Shown here one piece after another: positions 46,379-56,093 of a DNA stretch of 64,000 bases. This DNA comes from Spirochaetia bacterium (GTDB taxonomy: Bacteria > Spirochaetota > Spirochaetia > CADAEX01): NCBI GenBank assembly GCA_031548835.1, contig JAVBQS010000019.1:2445-66444 (forward strand). The letters run 5' to 3'. The translations under genes and the position numbers were made by a program. The notes beneath the pieces were generated by a model. That model made no database searches and was not told the origin of the DNA. It saw only the letters and a program-made list of their open reading frames with translations. Within the stretch, counting starts at the first letter, position 1. Every line of letters starts with the position of its first letter.

Positions 46379-47140
46379 ATGCATATCAATGAAATTGACA
46401 GGTTTTTCCATGAATTATTGCCTATTGATAATATTAAAAAAGCAGACAGGGCAATTAATGGGCTTCAGGTTTCAAATAAATCAAAATCTGTATCAAAAAT
46501 AGCTTTTGCTGTTGATGGTTCGCTTGAGTCTTTTAAAAGAGCAGCACACTGGGGAGCTAATATGCTTTTTGTCCACCACGGTATTTTTTGGGGAACAGAA
46601 AGAGCAATTACAGGAGACTATTTTAACCGCATCTTTTTTTTAATTGAAAACAATATTGCTCTCTATGCTGTCCATCTTCCGCTTGATGTTGATCCTGTGA
46701 TTGGAAATAATATATCTGTAACAAAAAAAGCAGGGCTTGAAGATATAGAAGCTTTCGGAGAGTACCACGGAATAAAGATAGGATATAAAGGAATTTTTAA
46801 AAAACTTGTAAGTTGTGATGAAATTCTTTCTGCTTTGGGATTTAATGCTTCAGAAATGCTTGCTATACTTAAATTCGGCCCTGAAAAATGCAGGAGCGCT
46901 GCTGTTATTACAGGAGGCGCATGCAGGGAAGTAGAGCAGGCTATTGATGAAAACCTTGATCTTTATATAACAGGAGAGATAACACATCAGATTTATCACC
47001 AGTGTCTTGAAGCAGGCATAAATATTATTTCTGCAGGACACTATCTTACAGAGACTTTTGGCGTAAAAAATGTTGCCAAAGCAGTTAATGAAAAACTTTC
47101 TATTGAAACCTGTTTTATTGATATACCTACAGGACTTTAA
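46379..47140 (+). CDS. Nif3/YqfO-family dinuclear-metal-centre protein
   Basis: 'MLFVHHGIFWG', 'LYAVHLPLDV', C-terminal 'ISAGHYLTE'. 253 aa. Confidence 0.8.
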   Translation: MHINEIDRFFHELLPIDNIKKADRAINGLQVSNKSKSVSKIAFAVDGSLESFKRAAHWGANMLFVHHGIFWGTERAITGDYFNRIFFLIENNIALYAVHLPLDVDPVIGNNISVTKKAGLEDIEAFGEYHGIKIGYKGIFKKLVSCDEILSALGFNASEMLAILKFGPEKCRSAAVITGGACREVEQAIDENLDLYITGEITHQIYHQCLEAGINIISAGHYLTETFGVKNVAKAVNEKLSIETCFIDIPTGL

Positions 47141-47187
47141 AATATAATATTAAAAGATATCTGAATGATTTTTTATTGGGGATATAG

Positions 47188-47694
47188 ATGAATTTTAAAA
47201 ATAAAATACTGCCATTTTCTCTTTCTTTTCTTATAATAGCAATTGATCAAATTACTAAAATTATTGTTGTAAACACTATACAGCCCTATACTATAAAATT
47301 TTCATTTTTTGATGGCCTTATAAGAATTGTGCATGTAAGAAATAAAGCAATAGCTTTTAGTATTGGCCATGGAATTCCGGAAGAGGTAAGAATTATGATT
47401 TTTTCTCTTTTACCTCTTATTATTCTTATTTTGCTTATTGTTTATATTATAAGAACAAATGATCTTAATATGCCTCAAAGGTGGTTTCTTGCCGGCATAA
47501 TCGGCGGCGGATTCGGTAATCTTATAGACAGATTTTTCCGCCCTGCAGGCGTTGTTGATTTTATTGATGTAAAATTTTTTGGAATTTTCGGACTTGAAAG
47601 ATGGCCTACATTTAATGTTGCAGATTCATCTATTGTGGTGTGCGGTATTCTGCTTTTTGCCTCTCTTTTCTGGTGGAAAAAAAGTAAAATTTAA
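47188..47694 (+). CDS. lspA: Lipoprotein signal peptidase II
   Basis: 168 aa, 4 TM helices. 'FNVADSSIVVCGILLF' signature. Confidence 0.85.
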   Translation: MNFKNKILPFSLSFLIIAIDQITKIIVVNTIQPYTIKFSFFDGLIRIVHVRNKAIAFSIGHGIPEEVRIMIFSLLPLIILILLIVYIIRTNDLNMPQRWFLAGIIGGGFGNLIDRFFRPAGVVDFIDVKFFGIFGLERWPTFNVADSSIVVCGILLFASLFWWKKSKI

Positions 47695-48070
47695 TAGAAT
47701 TTTACTTAAAAAGTATTTTTCTTTAAAATTTATATAAAAAGTTGAAAATTTTATATAAAAAATATAAAATAGTATTTTTGACAATATTTTATTTTATCCC
47801 GCTATTTTCAATAAAATTAAAAATAGAAAAGCATTAAAATATAAAATTTTTCCCTGCAAATTTTAAAATTAATGAATTTATTAATAAAAATTAGAAAAAC
47901 AATAAAAAAAGATTAAATTTTAAGCAGGTAGATTCCAAAAATTATATAAAAGAGTTGGTTGTTCAGATTTAGAAAAATAAGGCAACTTTAAGAAAATAAT
48001 ATTTTCTTTTAAAATGGGATATGATACAATGTGGTTTGCCTAAAAGCTAATTCTATATGTAATTTATAGA

Positions 48071-49897
48071 ATGAGAGGAGCATCTATGAGGTGTAACAAA
48101 TTATTAAAAATTACAAAAAGTTTAATACCTATATTAGGTATATTATTTATATTTGGCTGCGATAGTTCTGGAGGAAGCGGAGGGCCAAAAGGCGGAGCAG
48201 CGCCGGCAGTGCCGACAGGAGTTACATTAACTGAACAGGAAAATCAGTTAATGGTAAACTGGAGCGCTTCTGAGGGAGCCGAAAAATATACAGTTTACTG
48301 CGGCACAGTAGAAAACCATGCTGTCGCAGACAAGAAACTGGAAAATATAACATTAACAAATACATTAATTCCCGGCCTTGCCGGCGATACAACATATCAT
48401 GTATGGGTACAGGCTCATAATAGCTATGGCTCAAGCAATGTAAGTACAAGAGCAAGCGGGTCTCCAAGAGGAACAGAGGGTCCTGTAATACCAGTAGTGC
48501 CTGCAGCGCCGACAGGCGTTACAGTAACAGCAGCAGATAGCCAGTTAACAGTAAGCTGGAATGCCTCACAGGGGGCAAGTTCATATAAGGTTTATTACAG
48601 TGCAGCAAATACCAAACCGGCAAATACAGATAAAACAGGAATAACAGGCACAACAGTAGTTTTAACAGGCCTTGCAAATAATACAACCTATAATGTATGG
48701 GTAGTTGCAGGAAATACCGCTGGAGACAGCGCTGCAAGCACAGTTACAAGCGGAATGCCGAAAGCAGCAGTTACAGCGCCAGCAGCTCCAATAAATGTAA
48801 CAGCAACAGCAGAAGGCTTTGGAGAACTTATACTAAACTGGAGTGCGCCTGAAGGTGCAACTATATACAAGGTTTATTCCAGTAAAACAAATACAATGCC
48901 TGCCACAGTTACTAAATCAGGAATAACAAGCACAACCTTAACCATAACAGGACTTATAAATGATACAACCTATTATGTATGGGTAGTTGCATCAAACAGC
49001 GCAGGAGACAGCTTGCCGAGCGCAGTTGCAAGCGGAAAAACAAAATTGCCGTTGCCTGAAGCGCCTCTAGATGTAACAGTAACAACAGCAGGCAATGGAG
49101 CTTTTAAGGTAAAGTGGAGCGCTTCACAGGGAGCAAGTTCATATAAGATTTATTATAATACATCAGATAGCATGCCGGCTGAGGCAAATAAGACAGGAAT
49201 AACAGGAACAGCAGAAACCATAACAGGACTTGCCAATGACACAACCTATTATATATGGGTAAAAGCTGCTAACAGCGCCGGAGAAAGCATTGCAAGTAAT
49301 GTTGCAAGTAAAAAAACAATATTACCAGCGCCGGCAGTACCTGCAGGAGTTACAGTTACAGAAGCAGATAGACAATTAACAATAAATTGGAATGATGTTC
49401 CAGGAGCAGAATTTTATATTGTTTATTGGAATACTGAAGATAATTATGAATCTGCAAATATTTTTCATACAATAACAACAGACAGTGATGGTTTTTTATA
49501 TACAGAAGTTTTAGTTGATGGACTTATTAATGGCGCTACCTATTATTTCTGGATAGCTGCAGGCAACAGCGCTGATTCAAGTGAAGTAAGTACAGTTGTG
49601 AGCGGAATTCCAAATCTATTATATGGACCTATTACAGCTCCCACAGATATAACAGTATTTGTAAAGAAAAAAAATATGACAGTATCTTTTAGTGCAGTAC
49701 CGGGCGCTGTATTATACGTAGTTTATCGTACTACATCTCCTACTCCTCCAAATATTGAATCTAAGTCAGGAGCTAATACAAAGATAAAAGTACAAAATAG
49801 TGTATCTGGAACAACATATTATATATGGGTTAAAGCAGTTAGCAGTAGTGGCGACTATAGTGATTTTAGCGAAATGATAACTTTTACAATGCCTTAA
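48071..49897 (+). CDS. Surface lipoprotein composed of about 6 tandem fibronectin type-III-like repeats
   Basis: Lipobox 'IFGCDSSGG'. About 90-aa repeats '(A/V)P(T/A)GVTVT..QL(T/M)V.W..S.GA..YKVYY......TGITGT...TGL.N.TTY.VWV.A.N.AG.S'. Confidence 0.8.
   Translation: MRGASMRCNKLLKITKSLIPILGILFIFGCDSSGGSGGPKGGAAPAVPTGVTLTEQENQLMVNWSASEGAEKYTVYCGTVENHAVADKKLENITLTNTLIPGLAGDTTYHVWVQAHNSYGSSNVSTRASGSPRGTEGPVIPVVPAAPTGVTVTAADSQLTVSWNASQGASSYKVYYSAANTKPANTDKTGITGTTVVLTGLANNTTYNVWVVAGNTAGDSAASTVTSGMPKAAVTAPAAPINVTATAEGFGELILNWSAPEGATIYKVYSSKTNTMPATVTKSGITSTTLTITGLINDTTYYVWVVASNSAGDSLPSAVASGKTKLPLPEAPLDVTVTTAGNGAFKVKWSASQGASSYKIYYNTSDSMPAEANKTGITGTAETITGLANDTTYYIWVKAANSAGESIASNVASKKTILPAPAVPAGVTVTEADRQLTINWNDVPGAEFYIVYWNTEDNYESANIFHTITTDSDGFLYTEVLVDGLINGATYYFWIAAGNSADSSEVSTVVSGIPNLLYGPITAPTDITVFVKKKNMTVSFSAVPGAVLYVVYRTTSPTPPNIESKSGANTKIKVQNSVSGTTYYIWVKAVSSSGDYSDFSEMITFTMP
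48200..49890. repeat. Intragenic tandem DNA repeats (about 270 bp period, about 6 copies, divergent) encoding the FN3 modules
   Basis: The periodic recurrence of 'acaggcgttacagtaacagcagcagatagccagttaacagtaagctggaatgcctcacagggggcaagttcatataaggtttattac'-like blocks is visible in the DNA. Confidence 0.7.
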
Positions 49898-49930
49898 AAT
49901 CAATTTTGATTGATTATTTTGGAATAAACT

Positions 49931-49980
49931 AAAAAGAATATATTCATCAAATATCATTACATGGTATTTGATGAATATAT
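49931..49980 (-). terminator. Rho-independent terminator of the 551-aa hypothetical gene (16-bp perfect stem)
   Basis: Stem at 49938-49953 / 49965-49980 (atattcatcaaata/tatttgatgaatat, extended by 2 bp) with an 11-nt loop. The A5 run on the plus strand gives a U-tract on the minus strand. Confidence 0.6.
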
Positions 49981-50139
49981 AAAAACAAAAAGTTCTGGAT
50001 ACAGCAATATGTTTTCTATTTGATCTGCTATATATAAAATCACAATTTAATAAATATCAGTTTTATTAAAATATTTTTCCCTAAATTATGAAAAATAGGT
50101 TTTTTACTATTATTCAACGCAAAACTAAAAATTCTATAA

Positions 50140-51795
50140 TCAATAACCGTCAGACATAGCAATATTCATATCTTTCTTATAAAGTTCGTTATATACAAAG
50201 CCCCTGTTTCTAAGCCTGTCTTTAATTTCCTGCGGAAATGGAATATTGCGCCAAAAAATACCTCTTATATCTTTATCAAGTTTCTGCATTCCATCAGACT
50301 CTTTTGTTATCCAGAGATAGTAGTTATTTATAAAAGATTCTTTTACATCACCGCGCATTTTCTGGTCTGTAAACCACTGATAATACCTGCCGGTAAGACC
50401 TTCTTCCATCCAGTAATATGAAGCTGTTTCTTTGGCAACCTGCCACCTGAGATCGCCCATTGCATAAATTATTGCTATTTTTAGGTCTTTCGGATAAATG
50501 GGAATAGCTATTCTTCCTCTTCCTGTTGCTCTGTTGAATTTTTCATAAGGCTCCCAGCATACTCCAAACTCTCCATAACTGGGAATCAATATAGTGTATG
50601 GAACAATTCTGTTTGTCTGGCGCTTAAATGTTCTTTTAAAAAGCCCTGGATCTATTTTTTCAATCTCTGACATTATTGTTATTACATTTTCACGTGTTGC
50701 AATATCTTTTATATTTGCTCTCATATATTGCTGCATCAGAATTGGAAAATGGTTTCCTTTTCGTCCGACACTCATCTTTGCCATCTGTTTTACTGTCATA
50801 AACTCTTCTACTATGACCTGCGAATCAACACCTTCGTCAGCGCCTTCTTCTTTTGCTTTTTGTTCAAGTTCTTTTACTTTTTCCACAGCAGTTTCCATAT
50901 TTTCAATAGCAAAAGCGAGGTCTTTATCATATTGAAGAAGTTTTTTGGAAAGCTCCTGTATTTCACTTATGAAATTTCTCTGTTCAGTAGAATATGGGCC
51001 TGCTATATTTCCATATTTTCCAATTAGCTCATGTTTTTTTAAAGCAGTTGCTTTTTCTATAATCAGGCTTTCCATCTCTTGAATAGCAGCAGTCTTATTT
51101 TTCATAAGAACAAAAATTGCCTCTTTATGGCCGCGTTCCCGTTCAAGAGCGCTATTTACTTTTCTTGCCTGTTTCCCCTTACCTTTCTTTGTTTCATCAA
51201 CAATTGACGGATTTATCTCTCCTGATGCTATTTTTGCAAGCCATTCATCTACATAGAATACAGGTTCGCCTGTATCATTCTCTTCTATTACTTTTGAGAG
51301 AACAAGACGCTGATCTTTATTTATAAGTGTTGGCAACAACACGCCGAACCGCAAAAGCATTTTTTTAGGTATGGGAATTGTTCTACCGCTTTTTGCAGAA
51401 ATTGATGATGCAAGCTCCCAATAAGCTACTATAAGCCTTTCCCTGTATGTTATTTTAGCTTTAGGATCTTCTGCTTTTAAAAAATCAGAGAGCAGGGAAT
51501 GTACTTTTTGTGATATTTCACCCTCTCCAGAAAGAGCAATTTTATAATAATCTTTATCATTAAAATAAGGTTTGGGAGCCTGTTCAAATTTGGTAATTTC
51601 TGTAAATTTACCTTTAATCTCAAGTCCGTCGCCCTGTACAACATCCTCTTCTTCAGGAGCCTCTTCTGCAAAAAGATCAAAAAAATCAGGATTATCTGAC
51701 GGCTTATTATCTTCAAGCCCGATAAGATCTGCAATTTCAGGATCCAGGTCATGAGAACTATTATTTGATTTACCTTTACTTTTTAAATCGCTCAT
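50140..51795 (-). CDS. Hypothetical protein (acidic N-terminus, central coiled-coil, aromatic-rich C-terminal domain)
   Basis: 551 aa, no recognisable motif. Good-sized ORF with consistent codon usage. It lies immediately downstream of tRNA-Ala on the same strand. Confidence 0.6.
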   Translation of the reverse strand: MSDLKSKGKSNNSSHDLDPEIADLIGLEDNKPSDNPDFFDLFAEEAPEEEDVVQGDGLEIKGKFTEITKFEQAPKPYFNDKDYYKIALSGEGEISQKVHSLLSDFLKAEDPKAKITYRERLIVAYWELASSISAKSGRTIPIPKKMLLRFGVLLPTLINKDQRLVLSKVIEENDTGEPVFYVDEWLAKIASGEINPSIVDETKKGKGKQARKVNSALERERGHKEAIFVLMKNKTAAIQEMESLIIEKATALKKHELIGKYGNIAGPYSTEQRNFISEIQELSKKLLQYDKDLAFAIENMETAVEKVKELEQKAKEEGADEGVDSQVIVEEFMTVKQMAKMSVGRKGNHFPILMQQYMRANIKDIATRENVITIMSEIEKIDPGLFKRTFKRQTNRIVPYTILIPSYGEFGVCWEPYEKFNRATGRGRIAIPIYPKDLKIAIIYAMGDLRWQVAKETASYYWMEEGLTGRYYQWFTDQKMRGDVKESFINNYYLWITKESDGMQKLDKDIRGIFWRNIPFPQEIKDRLRNRGFVYNELYKKDMNIAMSDGY

Positions 51796-51807
51796 TTTAG
51801 CTTATTG

Positions 51808-51881
51808 TGGAGGTGGTGGGAATTGAACCCGCGGCCTCGTGAATGCCATTCACGCGCTCTAGCCAACTGAGCTACACCCCC
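51808..51881 (-). tRNA. tRNA-Ala (anticodon GGC)
   Basis: The reverse complement folds as a cloverleaf. Acceptor stem GGGGGTG/CACCTCC with the G3:U70 alanine identity pair. D-arm GCTC/GAGC. Anticodon stem CGTGA/TCACG with loop ATGGCAT. T-loop TTCAATT (one mismatch in the T-stem). Discriminator A, no encoded CCA. Confidence 0.85.
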
Positions 51882-52131
51882 GTTTTTCCCTTTTATTTAT
51901 GATAATATATTGTATACTATAATAGAATTATTTTATTCACAATATAGCATATTTTTTTAAACCAGCAAACTGGTTATCATTTCCTGATTATTTTAACAAA
52001 TTATACTATTTGAAATTATAATATATTTTAGTTATAATATATATAAGTATAAATTTTTTATGAAACTTATTGATATAGACAATCTTAATTTATTGAAATC
52101 TTTTACTTAATTATCTATTGTATAAAAAATT

Positions 52132-52923
52132 ATGATAACGATTAAGCCGCTTATTAAATATGTAAAAAAAGCAGGAAAAAAAGCTGCTAGAGAGCAGTTC
52201 AAAGTAAAAAGAAATTTTAAAAGTGACGGTTCTGTCGTTACATATGTAGATAAAGAGTTAAATGAATATCTTTCAAAAGTTATCTCTTCTCTTTATCCAG
52301 ATGCAAATCTTATTACAGAAGAGTCTGAAGGAGAGTTTGATAGCAATAAAGAATACTGTTTTGCTGTTGATCCAATAGATGGGACAGATTCTTTTAGCCA
52401 GTCAATGCCTGGCTGGTGTGTTGCCGTAGGTTTGCTTAGAAAAGGCGAGCCTGTTGCAGGTATTGTATATGCTCCTTTATGGGGAGGAAAAGATGGAACA
52501 TTTATCTATACAGATATTGACGGCCCTGTTTTTATAAATGGAGAAAAATTATCTGCAGATAAAATGAAAAATTTGCCGGATCTTGATAAAATTCAGCTTG
52601 CTGTTGCATCAAAAATTCATCATTATTTTAATTTTTCCTCTTTTAGGGGAAAAATAAGAGTGACAGGATCTGCTGTAATTAACATTATATCGCCTGTTAT
52701 TCATAGCGTTATGGGCGGTGCAATTATACCTCAATGCAGCATATGGGATATTGCAGCTCCGCATGCTATTGTAAAAAAGGCAGGACTTGAATTTTCTTAT
52801 ATTGATGGTTCTAATGTGGATTATAGTAAACTCTATGACCGGTCGATAATAAAGAATGTAGTTATCTGCGGTTATAATAATGTTTGTGATATGATAAAAA
52901 ATAGCTTTGAAAAGATAAGTTGA
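52132..52923 (+). CDS. Inositol-monophosphatase family protein (IMPase / CysQ-like)
   Basis: 'AVDPIDGTDSF' (the DPIDGT metal-binding motif) and 'WDIAAPHAIVKKAG'. 263 aa. Confidence 0.8.
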   Translation: MITIKPLIKYVKKAGKKAAREQFKVKRNFKSDGSVVTYVDKELNEYLSKVISSLYPDANLITEESEGEFDSNKEYCFAVDPIDGTDSFSQSMPGWCVAVGLLRKGEPVAGIVYAPLWGGKDGTFIYTDIDGPVFINGEKLSADKMKNLPDLDKIQLAVASKIHHYFNFSSFRGKIRVTGSAVINIISPVIHSVMGGAIIPQCSIWDIAAPHAIVKKAGLEFSYIDGSNVDYSKLYDRSIIKNVVICGYNNVCDMIKNSFEKIS

Positions 52924-53010
52924 GAAAAATAACGCTGCGGAGGATATTATCTAAAAGATAATTTTTAATTTTAAAAGTTTTAAATTGCTTTATGGAGAAT
53001 TTTATATTTA

Positions 53011-54912
53011 ATGCATAATATTTTATATATAAGTAAAAATATTGATTTGCCTCTTTCTATTAAAGAAGCTTATAAAGATGATATAGTTTTTGCCGCTGAA
53101 TTTTCGCCTGCCATAGCAAGCTATTCCGGAATTATTATTGGAAGTGATGAAATTAATAACAAAAATACTGAAAGAATAAAAAGCAGCAATTATCCGATTA
53201 TTATATGGCCTGGCGCTGATAAAAAAAGAAACAGCAAAAATTTTGAAAAAGATGGGAAAAATCTGAATATCTATTTTTCCTTTAAATCTGTGCCTGCCAA
53301 AAATATTTTTTCACAGGTTATAAAAAACTATGTTGATGTTTTAACAGAAAAGAAAAATAAACAGCTGTTTGAAGACAGATTTTCAAGTCAGGAAAAACTT
53401 AATCAGGAACTTCTAAATATTGGCGTTGCTCTTTCTGCAGAGCGGAATAATTCAAAACTGCTTAATTATATTATGGTTAAAGCTTGTGAAATAACCAAAG
53501 CAGATGCAGGAAGCCTTTACCTGCTGGATGTGGATAAAGCGACCGGCCAATCATCAATGATTTTTAAAATATCGCATAATGATTCAAACAAAACTGATTT
53601 TACAGAATTCAGAATGCCTCTTTTAAAAAAATCTATAGCAGGCTATGTAGCTATAACAGGAAAAGCATTAAAACTTGATGATGCATACTCAATTCCCAAA
53701 GATGCAGAGTATGGATTTAATAAAAGCTATGATGAAAGCACAGGCTACAGGACAAAAAGCATGCTTACAGTTCCTATGAAAAACCATAAAGATAAAATCA
53801 TAGGAGTAATTCAGCTTATAAATAAGAAAAAAGAACGCACAATTATACTTTCAGACCATCAGGCTGTTGAAGAAGGTGTAATTCCATTCAATAAACTGGA
53901 TGAAGAAATTATATTATCGCTTTCTTCGCTTGCTGCAGTAAGCCTTGATAATAACCTTCTGTATAATGAAATACAGGAACTTTTTGAATGTTTAGTATCA
54001 GCTTCTGCAAAAGCAATTGAACAGAGAGATCCTGCAACAAGCGGCCACTCAGCAAGAGTTGCCCAGTATACTGTTGCTCTTGCTGAAGCTGTAGCTCTGG
54101 AAAAAGAGCGTTTTAATGGTGTTACTTTTTCAGAAGAACATCTTAAAGGACTTAAATTTGCAAGCCTGCTGCATGATTTTGGAAAAGTAGGCGTAAGGGA
54201 AAATGTTCTTGTAAAAGCAAAAAAACTTTATCCTGGAATGCTTGAACAGATACTTTTAAGGCTTGATAATATTGTCAGCAATATAAAGCTAAAAACACTT
54301 GAAACAAAATTTGCACTTGATCCTGAAGATGCTTCATATAATAAAGAGATAAAAGAACTTGATTCCCGCGAATCAGCTGAAATTGCAAAAATTGATAAAT
54401 ACAGGGATGCTATTATAAAAGCAAATGAACCTACTGTTCTTGATTCTGCGCCTGAACATATTCTGGCTGAAATAAAAAATGATAAGAAAAACAATATTCT
54501 TTCCAATACAGAACTTGAATATCTAAGTGTTAAAAAAGGTTCTCTTACAAAAAAAGAACGGGAAGAAATTATGCTTCATGCATCCCATACATATGATTTT
54601 TTAAAAAATATTCCATGGCCTGAAAGTATGGAGTGGATTCCTGAAGTTGCAAGATGGCACCATGAATCAATCGATGGCAGCGGCTATCCTGACGGCAAAA
54701 AAATGGGAGAACTGCCTCTTGATTCAAGGCTTATGGCTGTAGCAGATGTATTTGATGCATTAACATCAAGCGACCGTCCATATAAAAAATCAATCACTCC
54801 TGAAGAAGCTCTAAAAATACTAAAAGAAGAGGCTAAAAGAGGCAAGCTTGACAGCAATGTGGTAGATATCTTTATTAAAAGAGAAGTCTATAAAGTTGCG
54901 GGGCTTAACTAA
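53011..54912 (+). CDS. GAF-domain / HD-GYP c-di-GMP phosphodiesterase-type signalling protein
   Basis: Central GAF domain. HD motif 'LLHDFGKVGV'. 'HHESIDGSGYPDG' (HD-GYP signature). 633 aa. Confidence 0.85.
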   Translation: MHNILYISKNIDLPLSIKEAYKDDIVFAAEFSPAIASYSGIIIGSDEINNKNTERIKSSNYPIIIWPGADKKRNSKNFEKDGKNLNIYFSFKSVPAKNIFSQVIKNYVDVLTEKKNKQLFEDRFSSQEKLNQELLNIGVALSAERNNSKLLNYIMVKACEITKADAGSLYLLDVDKATGQSSMIFKISHNDSNKTDFTEFRMPLLKKSIAGYVAITGKALKLDDAYSIPKDAEYGFNKSYDESTGYRTKSMLTVPMKNHKDKIIGVIQLINKKKERTIILSDHQAVEEGVIPFNKLDEEIILSLSSLAAVSLDNNLLYNEIQELFECLVSASAKAIEQRDPATSGHSARVAQYTVALAEAVALEKERFNGVTFSEEHLKGLKFASLLHDFGKVGVRENVLVKAKKLYPGMLEQILLRLDNIVSNIKLKTLETKFALDPEDASYNKEIKELDSRESAEIAKIDKYRDAIIKANEPTVLDSAPEHILAEIKNDKKNNILSNTELEYLSVKKGSLTKKEREEIMLHASHTYDFLKNIPWPESMEWIPEVARWHHESIDGSGYPDGKKMGELPLDSRLMAVADVFDALTSSDRPYKKSITPEEALKILKEEAKRGKLDSNVVDIFIKREVYKVAGLN

Positions 54913-54939
54913 AAGTTACAATAAATTACTATATAAAAA

Positions 54940-55932
54940 TTACCATTTTATATAGTTGCCGCCATATGTAAGCCCGCCGCCAAAACCAACAGTAAGTATA
55001 TTATCGCCGCGCTGTATAAGTTTTTTATCCACAACTTCTGTTAATGCTATAGGTATTGTTGCAGCAGAAGTATTTGCGAAATTTTCAATATTTAAATAAA
55101 ATTTTTCAAGCGGAATTGAAACTCTTTTTGCAGCTGCTTCCACTATTCTTATATTTGCCTGATGCGGAATAATATATTTTACTGAATCAATGGTAAGATT
55201 ATTATTCTCCATTAATTTAAAAATAGTATCTGTCACAGCTTTTACTGCAAAATTATAAACCTGCCTGCCGTTCATATATAAAAAAAGCTCTTTTGGGTCT
55301 GTAACTCCCGGAATAAAAAGATGTGCTGTGCCTCCTGCCGGCCTTTTAAGAGCGTCAGCTCCGCTTCCATCCATTCTTAAAAAAGAGGATACTATTTCAC
55401 TTTTTGATTCTTTATCTCCATTTCCTGTTATTAAAGCAGCTCCTGCTCCGTCTCCAAAAAGAACTGCTGTATTTCTGTCTGATAAATCCATGATCCGGGA
55501 AAGCACCTCGGAACCTATAACAATAATATTTTTATAATTGCCTGATCTTATAAAATTGGCAGCTGTTTCTACTCCATAGATAAATCCTGTGCAGGCAGCA
55601 CCAAGATCATATCCCCCTGCATTTTTTGCTCCAAGTTTATCCTGCACAAGACATGCTGTTGCAGGAAAACCAAGATAATCAGCGCTGCTTGTGCATACAA
55701 TAATAAGATCTATCTCTTCTGCTGTAACTCCTGCCTTTTCCATTGCAATTTTGGCAGCTTTTGTTGCTAAATCAGAATTATTTTCATTTTCGCCTGCAAA
55801 ATATCTTTTTTTAATACCTGTGTGGGAGACAATCCATTCATCAGAAGTATCCATTATTTTTGAAAGATCATTATTTGTCATAACTTTTTCAGGCACATAG
55901 TACCCAATAGATTTTATATAAGGTTTAATCAT
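54940..55932 (-). CDS. fabH: 3-oxoacyl-ACP synthase III
   Basis: 'MIKPYIKSIGYYVPEKVMTNNDLSKIMDTSDEWI'. The active-site Cys region 'GAACTGFIYG' and the C-terminal 'GFGGGLTYG'. Confidence 0.9.
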   Translation of the reverse strand: MIKPYIKSIGYYVPEKVMTNNDLSKIMDTSDEWIVSHTGIKKRYFAGENENNSDLATKAAKIAMEKAGVTAEEIDLIIVCTSSADYLGFPATACLVQDKLGAKNAGGYDLGAACTGFIYGVETAANFIRSGNYKNIIVIGSEVLSRIMDLSDRNTAVLFGDGAGAALITGNGDKESKSEIVSSFLRMDGSGADALKRPAGGTAHLFIPGVTDPKELFLYMNGRQVYNFAVKAVTDTIFKLMENNNLTIDSVKYIIPHQANIRIVEAAAKRVSIPLEKFYLNIENFANTSAATIPIALTEVVDKKLIQRGDNILTVGFGGGLTYGGNYIKW

Positions 55933-56093
55933 ATTTCCCTCCCGTAAAAATAATAATCTATGGAACTATAATTTATATATCATAAAACCGATAATTGTAT
56001 AAATTTAAGTCAATAAACTAAAAAATGTATATATTTTAGATGATAAGGTCAATATTGCTTGCTTGTAAATAATATAAAAGGTATGGATTAAGT

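Noticed and set aside
46311-46389. N-terminal 26-aa extension (MICIKIIIYFYTILDNKLLLYNIILC) of the Lon-like protease ORF
   Set aside because: It is AT-rich, hydrophobic and of low complexity, with no RBS. The internal Met (MNLYKK) at 46311 gives a typical Lon-like N-terminus and leaves a sensible 67-bp divergent promoter region. The shorter start is therefore preferred, though not proven.
47695-52131. Genomic island integrated at tRNA-Ala (FN3 lipoprotein plus 551-aa orphan)
   Set aside because: No integrase or recombinase gene, and no direct repeat of the tRNA 3' end, was found within the window. The accessory-looking content is recorded as a finding, but an island call is unsupported.
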